Source of the DNA: Flavobacteriales bacterium
GTDB taxonomy: Bacteria > Bacteroidota > Bacteroidia > Flavobacteriales_D > Sanyastnellaceae
Direction of reading: 5' to 3'
Assembly: GCA_947465255.1 (NCBI GenBank)
Contig: CANIAA010000001.1
Location: 1-45,234, forward strand
Length of the DNA: 45,234 nucleotides
This document shows positions 34,520 through 43,429 of the stretch, one piece after another. The stretch's first letter is position 1; each line of letters begins with the position of its first letter. The translations under genes and the position numbers were made by a program. The notes below the pieces were generated by a model that saw nothing but the letters and a program-made list of their open reading frames with translations, was not told the origin of the DNA and did no database searches.

Positions 34520-35965
34520 TTGTGCTCCCTTTTCTAGATTACTATTCCTCTTGCTATACAAGAAGTACACGATCACACCCAGCGTGCCCCATATGATGAA
34601 CGCATACCATGTGTGGATGCGCACCTGGGTCATAAGGAAGATATTGAAGAGCACACCGAGCGGTGCAATTATGTTGACCATCGGGGTTCTGTAAGGGCGT
34701 TCCAAATCCGGTTCGCGCTTGCGGAGAATCAATACTGCGAGACAAACCATCGAGAAGGCGAGCAACGTTCCCATTGAACACATTTCCGAGATGTTGTTGA
34801 TGGGTGTTACAGCCGCAACGATGGAAACAATCAATCCTACGAGGATTGTGCTCTTATAAGGGGTCTTGAACTTTGGGTGAAGTGCACCAAAGATGCCTCG
34901 TGGCAACAAGCCATCTTTCGCCATACCGAAGAAGATACGGGTTTGACCCAGCATCATCACGAGCATTACCGAAGTGAGACCCGCTACAGCTGCAATTGTA
35001 ATCGGATAAACCGCCCACGATATACCGGCACCGGAGAAGGCCGAAGCAACAGGAGCTTTCAAGTCGAGTGTTGAATATGGCACCATACCGGTCAAAACCA
35101 ACGATACCAAGATGTAAAGAATCGTGCAGATAACAAGCGATGCGATGATGGCAAACGGAACGTCCTTCTTAGGATTGATGGCCTCGCCTGCCTGTGTGCT
35201 CACTGCATCGAAACCGATGTAGGCAAAGAACACAATCGTGGCTGCTGTGAGAACACCGCCGAAGCCGAAGTTTACATCACCCGTTGGATTACCCATCGCG
35301 TCGAGTATCGGCTGCTCAGCAGGAATGAAAGGCGTCCAGTTTTCAGGATTCACATAGAATGCACCGGCAATAATGACAAAGAGAACAACAGCTACCTTCA
35401 ATACAACAATGAGGTTGTTGGTGCTAGCAGCTTCTTTAATGCCCTTAATGAGGATACCCGTTACCAGCCACGTAATGAGGAATGCAGGTAGATTGAATGC
35501 GAAACCACCATATGTAATCGGGTCGTTGTTGAGCCAATCGGGAATGTGCAGTCCGAACATGTGGAGGAGTTTCGAGAAGTAACCACTCCAAGCAACCGCC
35601 ACGGTGGTGGCCCCCATCATGTACTCCAAAATCAGATTCCAGCCAATAAACCAAGCAAATAGCTCACCCACGGTTCCGTATGCATAGGCATAGGCAGAAC
35701 CTTCCACCGGAAGAACAGACGCAAACTCTGCATAGCAAAGCGAGGCGAACAAACAGCCGATACCGGCAATTACGAACGAAAGCGCCAACGCCGGTCCGGC
35801 ATGGTCGTGTGCGGCAATACCGGTTAGAGTGAAAATACCGCCACCGATGATGGCGCCGATACCCAATGAAGTAAGACCCCACTTGGTAAGGATTCGCTTC
35901 AGTTCACTTTTACCTGCTTCGGCATGAAAGGCAGAGATTGGTTTTTTTCTCCAAACACTTGACAT
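34517..35965 (-). CDS. APC-superfamily amino acid permease (cationic amino acid transporter-like)
   Basis: ORF 34517..36052, with the likely start at Met30 (MSSVWRKKP). It has 12 or more TM helices and the N-terminal motif GLTSLGIGAIIGGGIF. Confidence 0.9.
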   Translation of the reverse strand: MSSVWRKKPISAFHAEAGKSELKRILTKWGLTSLGIGAIIGGGIFTLTGIAAHDHAGPALALSFVIAGIGCLFASLCYAEFASVLPVEGSAYAYAYGTVGELFAWFIGWNLILEYMMGATTVAVAWSGYFSKLLHMFGLHIPDWLNNDPITYGGFAFNLPAFLITWLVTGILIKGIKEAASTNNLIVVLKVAVVLFVIIAGAFYVNPENWTPFIPAEQPILDAMGNPTGDVNFGFGGVLTAATIVFFAYIGFDAVSTQAGEAINPKKDVPFAIIASLVICTILYILVSLVLTGMVPYSTLDLKAPVASAFSGAGISWAVYPITIAAVAGLTSVMLVMMLGQTRIFFGMAKDGLLPRGIFGALHPKFKTPYKSTILVGLIVSIVAAVTPINNISEMCSMGTLLAFSMVCLAVLILRKREPDLERPYRTPMVNIIAPLGVLFNIFLMTQVRIHTWYAFIIWGTLGVIVYFLYSKRNSNLEKGAQ

Positions 35966-36060
35966 AGATCTTTGATTTTTGGTGAGTGATGAACGGCAAG
36001 TATAAGGAATAATAGATAAATGGGAATTTTGTCTTAGATTAGCACTTGTCAAAAAAGAAT

Positions 36061-36082
36061 AGCCCCCGACGTTTCAGGGGCT
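36061..36082 (-). terminator. Terminator-like hairpin (minus strand) with no annotated gene feeding it
   Basis: The minus strand reads AGCCCC-...-GGGGCT followed by ATTCTTTTTT. Confidence 0.45.
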
Positions 36083-36391
36083 ATCCGCTTGCTTAACCTT
36101 AATTAACCTTAACTACTCTTAATCAGAGAGTACTCTTCAATATCGTTGATTGTATAATCTAGTTCTTATTGTTGAAATACACACTTGAAACGGGGGGAGT
36201 AAATCGAAGGTTACGTTTTGTTGTAATTTTTTTTTTTAGTAACAACTAGAGGAATGGCAGAAAATCACTGCTTCAGGTGGTTTGCAGTGTGGATAGGCGA
36301 AGGCATTTCGCTGGAATGGACGCGCCGCAGCGCATCCAAAGAACCCTGCTTCTTGTGAATAGCAGCGTGTGTATGCGAAGGGAAATAAAAA

Positions 36392-36411
36392 AGCCCCCCT
36401 TTCGGGAGGCC
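36392..36411 (-). terminator. Rho-independent terminator of the T9SS cargo gene
   Basis: The minus strand reads GCCTCCC-gaaa-GGGGGGC followed by TTTTTTA. One stem position is a C/A mismatch on the plus strand but G-U on the minus strand. Confidence 0.65.
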
Positions 36412-36513
36412 TTCTTACTTAACCAAATCCATTAATTAACCAAAAAAACAAATCACGGTTTTGATACGCGTGGTGTTTTTGAAAGGTTACATTTTTTTCA
36501 GGATTTCTAAATT

Positions 36514-38913
36514 TTATTGTTTCACCATCAGTTGTGCCGATTGTTTTCCGTCATTCGTTTGCATTACAACCTGATAAAGACCCTGCTGTAATTCGGCAAT
36601 GTCGAGTGTGTGATTCACTGCATTCACGCGCTGAGAAAGCACTAAAGCACCAAGGCTATTGTAAATACTCACGCTCACCGGGGTCGAACTCCACACTGTC
36701 AAATCAGAAGTTGCAGGATTGGGATAAAATCCGGCGGACCAATTCTCCTCCAGCTCGTCTACGCTTCCAATCAACAACAACACACACTCACTCCTGTCGT
36801 CACAACCATTCAAGGTCACCCAACAGGCGTAACTGCCGTTTTGGCTAGGATCGGTAATGGTAAAATCCTGCGATGTCGCTCCTTCCACCGGAAGCTCCGT
36901 GTCGCAATTCCACCACTGGTAAGTTGCTCCTTGTTGAGCTATCGTAGCCGAGGTTAAATCGCCTGCAACCGTTATATCGACCACCGGAAGCGGATTCACG
37001 GTGACACTTTGAGTGCTGGTTCCCGTGCAGCCGAAAGCATCCGTGTAACTACAAGTCACTGTATGCTCACCAACACCCGCAGACTGGGCGTTGAATTCAT
37101 TGCCCAACACACCCGGACCGCTAAAATCGGCCGGTGTATTCACACAAATCAACTCGGAAACGACATCCGCATCAATACAATACTCATTGAACAAACCCGT
37201 GAAAGAGGCGTCGGGGCCTAATAAAACGGTTGTCGAAATGGCTGTTTCCGATTGACAATCGCCCAAGTTGATATCGTATACAACCGTATGCTCACCAATG
37301 CCGGCAACCGCAGGATCAAAGAATGTTCCGCTCACCCCGGGTCCGCTGAAAACACCTCCTGCTGAAACCGGAATCAACTCAACAACTCCTTCGGTTGTGC
37401 AGGTGATTGGCTCAAGTCCGGAGAAGTCGCTGTTAGCGACATCGAATACCTCGACGATTTGCGTCGTCGTTGAAATACATCCATTCGGTTGCACCAAGGT
37501 ATAGGTCACTGCATTGTCGCCAATGATGGCTGTTCCGGGATCGAATGAATCGCCGCTAACACCGGTACCCTCAAACACGCCCCCCGGAACGTCCGGGATC
37601 ATTTGCTCCGCTGGCGAGCTTGCGCAAAATGCGGGGAACAGATAAAATTCGCTACTCTCTGATGGAAGAACTTCGACTGTCTGCGTGACACTTGCGCTGC
37701 AAACACCGGAACCTGTGGTATAGGTGATGTCATAGATACCAGGAGCAATATTCGGATCGAAAACTCCGGCCAAAACCGGACCGACAAAGTCACCATCATT
37801 TGTCACGGGATTCAGCTGGATAGCTGCATCTGTTGTACAATATACATCGGATAGATCAACGAATTCGGCAGATAAAATCTGACGGATACTGACGCCTTGT
37901 GTTTGCGTGAATACGCAACCGGCAGCTGTTATCACCGTATATCCAACTTGAAAATCGCCAACCGGCATCTGTGCCGGATTGAAAACATTCCCTACCACAC
38001 CCGGGCCCGAGAAAGTTCCGCCTTCGACCTCAGGCACTAACGTTACAGGACCATCACCAACGCAGTACATTGGAGCCAGACCTGAAAAATTTGAATTCAC
38101 GATATCAATCGTTACACATACCGGCTCTGAAGTGGCTGTGTTATCGCCATCATTTGCCGTAACCGTGTAGCAGTCACTCTGATTAGCTAGCAAGGTGGTT
38201 CCCGTGCTGACTTCAGAGCCCTGACTATTTTGCCATGTATAGGAAACACCCGGTTCTGACTGAACGCTCAAAGCAACGGACTCTCCTTCACATACAACTA
38301 GACTACCACTGTATTCGATAACCGGGGCCTGAAGAGCGGGAGCAGGCATCAAGCTAAGCGTCGTTGTGTAAATGTAATCACCGCTATCGCCACCATTTGC
38401 ATTGGCGGCATTACCTGCAGCATACATCATAACGGGAATTTCATTAACCGGAGCTGTCCAGTTGAATGTCCACGTGCGGGTATTCGAAGCGAATCCTGAG
38501 TTGTCGATATGAGCAACCGTTGCCCGTGAGTTTCCGCTAATAGTGGCACTGAGTATCTGCGAATCAGTTCCTGGCGCCCAGGAGCCGGCATTAGCGCCAC
38601 TTGCCTGCAAGGCCTCAATTCCAAAACCAAACAAACCAATTCCCGACTGCTGAACGGTCACGTTCACCTGATATGTTTGGCCGGGAACATACATATTACC
38701 ATTGACCAGTCCAAAGACAGAGATGGACACACTTCCCGAACCGCTGTTCAAAGCGAAAGAGTTGTGGCATGAACCGGAGGCACATGTGCCTTCACCGGGC
38801 GAACCATTAGACCCTGCCTTACCGGCAGAGTATTCAGCATTGTTAGAGGTCATGCTGGTTAGTAAGAAAGACACGATAAGAGCAGAAAAAAGTACGAGTA
38901 TTGATTTTTTCAT
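36514..38913 (-). CDS. Large secreted T9SS cargo protein (N-terminal Cys-motif domain, Ig-like modules, five 2-Cys repeats, T9SS C-terminal sorting domain)
   Basis: 799 aa with a signal peptide MKKSILVLFSALIVSF. The last ~78 aa (FYPNPATSDLTV...IYNSLGALV...GLYQVVMQTNDGKQSAQLMVKQ) match the type A Por/T9SS CTD pattern. Confidence 0.85.
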   Translation of the reverse strand: MKKSILVLFSALIVSFLLTSMTSNNAEYSAGKAGSNGSPGEGTCASGSCHNSFALNSGSGSVSISVFGLVNGNMYVPGQTYQVNVTVQQSGIGLFGFGIEALQASGANAGSWAPGTDSQILSATISGNSRATVAHIDNSGFASNTRTWTFNWTAPVNEIPVMMYAAGNAANANGGDSGDYIYTTTLSLMPAPALQAPVIEYSGSLVVCEGESVALSVQSEPGVSYTWQNSQGSEVSTGTTLLANQSDCYTVTANDGDNTATSEPVCVTIDIVNSNFSGLAPMYCVGDGPVTLVPEVEGGTFSGPGVVGNVFNPAQMPVGDFQVGYTVITAAGCVFTQTQGVSIRQILSAEFVDLSDVYCTTDAAIQLNPVTNDGDFVGPVLAGVFDPNIAPGIYDITYTTGSGVCSASVTQTVEVLPSESSEFYLFPAFCASSPAEQMIPDVPGGVFEGTGVSGDSFDPGTAIIGDNAVTYTLVQPNGCISTTTQIVEVFDVANSDFSGLEPITCTTEGVVELIPVSAGGVFSGPGVSGTFFDPAVAGIGEHTVVYDINLGDCQSETAISTTVLLGPDASFTGLFNEYCIDADVVSELICVNTPADFSGPGVLGNEFNAQSAGVGEHTVTCSYTDAFGCTGTSTQSVTVNPLPVVDITVAGDLTSATIAQQGATYQWWNCDTELPVEGATSQDFTITDPSQNGSYACWVTLNGCDDRSECVLLLIGSVDELEENWSAGFYPNPATSDLTVWSSTPVSVSIYNSLGALVLSQRVNAVNHTLDIAELQQGLYQVVMQTNDGKQSAQLMVKQ
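36991..38103 (-). repeat. Five tandem ~73-74-aa protein repeats inside the T9SS cargo gene
   Basis: In residues ~271-641, each unit follows F-[ST]-G-L..-YC...(7-10)..L.P....GG.FSGPGV.G..F.P....[IV]G.H.V.Y......GC....TQ.V.V, with two conserved Cys per unit. The units are diverged at the DNA level. Confidence 0.7.
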
Positions 38914-38932
38914 AGCAGTGGATTTGGTGTAT

Positions 38933-38965
38933 TAACAAAAAGGGACGTGAATCGGTTCACATCCC
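38933..38965 (-). terminator. Rho-independent terminator of clpB
   Basis: The minus strand reads GGGATGTGAA-ccga-TTCACGTCCC (9 of 10 bp) followed by TTTTTGTT. Confidence 0.7.
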
Positions 38966-39001
38966 TATTACGAAATTACACTAACTTCACCCTACACGAC
39001 C

Positions 39002-41620
39002 CTACACTTCAATTAATGCTTCATCATCGATTTTCTTGCGAAAAACAATCTGCCCATCAAAGACATCCATGACCACGGCTTCCGATTTGTCGACCTTACC
39101 GCTGAGAATGTATTTCGAGAGTTCGTTCATTACTTCTTTCTGTATAGTCCGTTTCACAGGACGTGCGCCGTATTGCGGATCATACCCTTTATCGGCAAGG
39201 TATGAGAGCGCATCGGGGGTTACCACAAGATGAATATCGGCCTTCTCCAATCGCTCGGAGAGCAGGTGTAGCTGCAACTTGACAATGTTCTCAATTTGTG
39301 ATTTGCCCAGCGGAGTGAACATGATAATCTCATCAATTCGATTCAGAAACTCCGGTCGCAAGGAAGACTTCAAAGCCAGCATAACATCCAACTTGGTTCG
39401 GTCAAACAAATCAGGATCTTCCGGGTTTTTGGCCTTCTCGTAATTATCCTGAATAATCTGAGAGCCGATATTACTCGTCATGATAACGATAGTGTTCTTG
39501 AAATTCACCACGCGTCCTTTTGAGTCGGTGAGTCGGCCATCGTCGAGCACCTGCAGCAATACGTTGAACACGTCGGGATGGGCCTTTTCAATCTCGTCAA
39601 GAAGTATAACCGAATACGGTTTCCTACGCACGGCTTCGGTGAGTTGTCCTCCTTCATCGTAGCCAACATAACCGGGAGGCGCTCCAACCAATCTGCTCAC
39701 CGTATGTCGTTCTTGATATTCACTCATATCGATGCGCGTCATAGCATTTTCATCATTGAAGAGAAAATCGCTCAGAGCTTTCGCTAACTCCGTTTTACCC
39801 ACACCGGTTGTTCCCAAGAAGATGAATGAACCAATGGGTTTACGTTCATCACTCAAACCTGCGCGACTGCGTCGAACAGCATCGCTCAATGCAACAATGG
39901 CTTCTTGTTGCCCAACAACGCGCTTACCCAATTCATCCTCCAAACGCAACAACTTCGCTCGCTCACTTTCGACAAGTGCTTTCACAGGAATACCTGTCCA
40001 CCGAGAAACCACGTCGGCAATTTCTTCCGGATCAACCTCTTCCTTCAGCATCTTCGAATTCGCCTGAAGCTCTTGCAATTTCAAACGACCTTCCTCGATT
40101 CGCTGTTCTTGCTCCTTCATGCGACCGTATCGTATTTCAGCTACCAGTCCATAATTACCTTCTCGCTCTGCCTGATCAGCCTGCAACTTCAAGTCTTCAA
40201 GCGAAGCCTTTGCGCTTTGAATAGTCTCTACCACATCCTTCTCACTTTGCCATTTTGCAGCTAGTGCATTGCGCTCCTCGCTCAACTCACCAATGACCCT
40301 ATTCAAGTCGGTGAGTTTAGCTTCATTGCCTTCGCGTTTGATTGCCTCGCGTTCAATTTCAAGCTGCATGATTTTTCGCTCCAACTCATCGAGCTCCATG
40401 GGTTTGGAGTTAATCTCCATGCGCAGCTTAGATGCCGCCTCATCAATCAAATCAATGGCCTTGTCGGGTAGAAAACGATCGGTAATGTAGCGTTGCGAAA
40501 GTTCAACGGCAGCGATAATTGCGTCATCCTTAATTTGAACCTTGTGGTGATTCTCGTACTTCTCTTTCAATCCGCGAAGAATAGAAATCGCCGCATCACG
40601 ATCGGGCTCATCGATCATCACTTTTTGGAAACGACGTTCGAGAGCCTTGTCTTTCTCGAAATATTTCTGATACTCGTTCAACGTGGTTGCACCAATGGAA
40701 CGAAGCTCACCTCGGGCCAGCGCCGGCTTCAGAATATTCGCAGCATCCATTGCTCCTTCTCCACCACCCGCTCCTACAAGAGTGTGTATCTCATCAATAA
40801 AGAGGATGATTTCCCCTTCACTTTTCTGCACCTCATTTACAACAGCCTTTAATCGCTCTTCAAATTCGCCTTTGTATTTGGCACCTGCTATCAGCGCTGC
40901 CATGTCGAGCGAATACATCTGTTTAGTTTTTAAATTTTCAGGCACGTCGCCATTGATAATGCGATGTGCAATTCCCTCAGCAATGGCCGTCTTACCCGTG
41001 CCCGGTTCGCCAATAATAATTGGATTGTTTTTCGTGCGACGGGAAAGTATTTGCATTACACGCCGTATCTCTTCATCACGACCAATTACCGGATCGAGTT
41101 TACCGTCGCGGGCGAGCTTATTCAAATTCTTTGCATACTTCTCCAATGAATTATAGGTCTCCTCTTGCGATGCCGAAGTAACACGCTGACCCTTGCGTAA
41201 TTCTAGAATAGCCTTCTTCAATTCTTTGGAAGAAACACCGGCATCGCGCATCATTTGTGATGCCTTATCATTTCCTTCACCGATAGCAAGCAGCAAATGT
41301 TCGATTGCTACAAATTCGTCATTGAATTCTTTGAGGAAATTCTGCGCGCGATTGATAGCGATGTTTGCCTCTGAAGAAAGACTCATGGAGCCTCCGGTTA
41401 CTTTCGGAAAACTGTCGAGCATTTTGTCCAAAGCCTGTTGCAGCAATGCAACATTGACGTTGAGCTTCTTTAGTAAGAATGGAGTAACTGTATCATCAGC
41501 AAGCATAACCCCTTTAAGGAGGTGGCTATTTTCAATGGTTTGATGGCCCTTTTCCAACGCAACTTGTTGTGCCTTCTGAATAGCCTCTTGTGTTTTCAGT
41601 GTGAATTTTGAGAAATCCAT
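39002..41620 (-). CDS. clpB: ATP-dependent chaperone ClpB
   Basis: 872 aa with a Clp N-domain, two AAA+ modules (GEPGTGKT, GTTGVGKT) and a long coiled-coil middle domain between them. Confidence 0.97.
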   Translation of the reverse strand: MDFSKFTLKTQEAIQKAQQVALEKGHQTIENSHLLKGVMLADDTVTPFLLKKLNVNVALLQQALDKMLDSFPKVTGGSMSLSSEANIAINRAQNFLKEFNDEFVAIEHLLLAIGEGNDKASQMMRDAGVSSKELKKAILELRKGQRVTSASQEETYNSLEKYAKNLNKLARDGKLDPVIGRDEEIRRVMQILSRRTKNNPIIIGEPGTGKTAIAEGIAHRIINGDVPENLKTKQMYSLDMAALIAGAKYKGEFEERLKAVVNEVQKSEGEIILFIDEIHTLVGAGGGEGAMDAANILKPALARGELRSIGATTLNEYQKYFEKDKALERRFQKVMIDEPDRDAAISILRGLKEKYENHHKVQIKDDAIIAAVELSQRYITDRFLPDKAIDLIDEAASKLRMEINSKPMELDELERKIMQLEIEREAIKREGNEAKLTDLNRVIGELSEERNALAAKWQSEKDVVETIQSAKASLEDLKLQADQAEREGNYGLVAEIRYGRMKEQEQRIEEGRLKLQELQANSKMLKEEVDPEEIADVVSRWTGIPVKALVESERAKLLRLEDELGKRVVGQQEAIVALSDAVRRSRAGLSDERKPIGSFIFLGTTGVGKTELAKALSDFLFNDENAMTRIDMSEYQERHTVSRLVGAPPGYVGYDEGGQLTEAVRRKPYSVILLDEIEKAHPDVFNVLLQVLDDGRLTDSKGRVVNFKNTIVIMTSNIGSQIIQDNYEKAKNPEDPDLFDRTKLDVMLALKSSLRPEFLNRIDEIIMFTPLGKSQIENIVKLQLHLLSERLEKADIHLVVTPDALSYLADKGYDPQYGARPVKRTIQKEVMNELSKYILSGKVDKSEAVVMDVFDGQIVFRKKIDDEALIEV

Positions 41621-41769
41621 GTTTTTCGAATTTGATTGCCGTTATCAATGCTGATACCACGTGAATGGAGCGGAAATAATGACATTCATTCCGCAATGTG
41701 TATGACGAAAATGTCGCAGAACAATGCTAAAAACCGGTAAATTGGCAGACAATTATCAATCACTGATAC

Positions 41770-42264
41770 GTGCGCATTGCTCTCGTGGGATATATGGGTT
41801 CGGGAAAGTCAACCATGGGTCGACTTCTCGCCGAACGAATGAATATTCCATTCATCGATCTGGATGAGCGAATCGAATTAGTTGAGGGCACCTCAATTGC
41901 TGATATTTTCACAACGAAAGGCGAAGCATATTTCCGCAAATTGGAATCCGCTATGCTGACCGAAATTTTGGAGAGCGAAAAATCATACGTTTTAGCTTCG
42001 GGCGGAGGTACGCCTTGTTTCTTTGAACAAATGAGATTACTCAATGAACGATGCATGACTATTTATTTGCGTTGTAGTTCAACCGTTCTTCAAGCACGCT
42101 TGACTGATTCATCACAATCTCGGCCGGTGTTATCAAAACTATCAGATGGTATTAGTGAGCATCTAATGGAACGCGAAAAAATCTATTCCAAAGCACAGAT
42201 TATTGTTAACGGCGAATTATCAATCCTGGAATTATCTCAATACATACAAATGCTATTGATCTAA
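41770..42264 (+). CDS. aroK: Shikimate kinase
   Basis: 164 aa with a GTG start. N-terminus MRIALVGYMGSGKSTMGRLLA (P-loop), then DLD and GGG motifs. Confidence 0.9.
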   Translation: MRIALVGYMGSGKSTMGRLLAERMNIPFIDLDERIELVEGTSIADIFTTKGEAYFRKLESAMLTEILESEKSYVLASGGGTPCFFEQMRLLNERCMTIYLRCSSTVLQARLTDSSQSRPVLSKLSDGISEHLMEREKIYSKAQIIVNGELSILELSQYIQMLLI

Positions 42265-42393
42265 AATTATCGCTTGTTGAGTGAAAACTTTTATTTCATT
42301 CATAAGCTGTATGTTTTTTATAAATTCCAATGGATTCTATTGGGCGTTTTTGTCATTTTTAAACACATATTATTGATAGCCAAATCATTATTT

Positions 42394-42891
42394 ATGCTCA
42401 ACTTTACAACCATGAAAATGGAGTCAAAGCAGAGAGAGGCTTTCAGTAAGGTGGTAATGGCCCTATTAGACGCGAAGAATTTATCGCAACGGCAAGTTGC
42501 CCTTGAGTTGGATACAAGTCCTTCGAACTTCAATCAACGTATACTCGCTGGAAGTATGCGTCCGGGTATGATTATGCAGTTCAACAAGTTGTTAGGAGTT
42601 GATTTACTGCGTTTAGTATACCTGTATGAGCAGGGCGATAGTTTAAGCTCCATTATCGAACATGCGATGAACCCGGAGTCGAGAACTATGACCTCTCAGG
42701 ACATTCAGCCAACGTCCGAAATGTTCGAGATGATTGTGTCACAAAACAAGACTATTTCAGAATTGCAATTGCAAATCAAAGACCTGGTTTCACAGCTCAA
42801 CAAATGGATTGAGTACGATATGCAAAAGGCCGAACAACAGCAAGAGGTAATTGCGCTCATCAAGGCACAACGCGCAGGAAGCAAGAATTAA
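42394..42891 (+). CDS. Hypothetical protein with HTH-like N-terminal region and C-terminal coiled coil
   Basis: ORF 42274..42891, whose first 40 codons are AT-rich and look like a non-coding leader. Plausible starts are 42394, 42412 and 42418 (MKMESKQ). The segment NLSQRQVALELDTSPSNFNQRI resembles an HTH. The C-terminus is Q/E/K-rich and helical. Confidence 0.5.
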   Translation: MLNFTTMKMESKQREAFSKVVMALLDAKNLSQRQVALELDTSPSNFNQRILAGSMRPGMIMQFNKLLGVDLLRLVYLYEQGDSLSSIIEHAMNPESRTMTSQDIQPTSEMFEMIVSQNKTISELQLQIKDLVSQLNKWIEYDMQKAEQQQEVIALIKAQRAGSKN

Positions 42892-42899
42892 TTTGCAGA

Positions 42900-43406
42900 T
42901 TAGTCGAGATAAACAGCCTCTTTTCCCTTATTCAAATTAACAGTCACGTGCTCTCGCAAATTGGTTGAGAGTGTAAGCCCAACAATGTCGGGGCGAATGG
43001 GAAACTTTCTGTGAAAACGATCAACGAGTGTTGCAATCGCAAGGGATTTTAAATCGACTTCCAGCAGAAATCTCGAAGCATAAATCAATGTTTTTCCGCT
43101 ATTCAGCACATCATCGACCAGGATGACCGCCTTCCCCTTCAATGCTTTTACATCGCCTGTATAAACAAGTGGTTCCGAAAGTGGCTTGTCTTTGTTCAGT
43201 CGGATTTCTTCCTGGTACAAAGTCAATTCACTAATTTCCGAAAGCAGTTTACACAAGCGAGAGGCAAGCTGGCTTCCCCGCCCCTCGATGCCCACCAGTA
43301 CAAGTTCCTTTTCCTTGTAATGATTCTCATGAATTTCATGGGCCATCCGTATCAACTTCCGGTTGATTTGTCGGGCATTCAAGATGAGAGTAGGCTCTTT
43401 GGTCAT
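42900..43406 (-). CDS. Type I phosphoribosyltransferase family protein, PyrR-like
   Basis: ORF 42900..43424, with the likely start at MTKEPTL. The PRPP-binding motif VILVDDVLNSGKT is present and the size and layout resemble PyrR/UPRTase. Confidence 0.75.
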   Translation of the reverse strand: MTKEPTLILNARQINRKLIRMAHEIHENHYKEKELVLVGIEGRGSQLASRLCKLLSEISELTLYQEEIRLNKDKPLSEPLVYTGDVKALKGKAVILVDDVLNSGKTLIYASRFLLEVDLKSLAIATLVDRFHRKFPIRPDIVGLTLSTNLREHVTVNLNKGKEAVYLD

Positions 43407-43429
43407 TGCATCAAAAGTACGCAAATCGA

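Noticed and set aside
40683-41156. 157-aa plus-strand ORF, plus several others at 39036-41543
   Set aside because: These are antisense shadows within clpB.
41621-41769. Shared heat-shock operator upstream of clpB and dnaK
   Set aside because: Only a weak resemblance (ATTTCC(C)G) exists between the two upstream regions. There is no CIRCE-like inverted repeat, so the support is insufficient.
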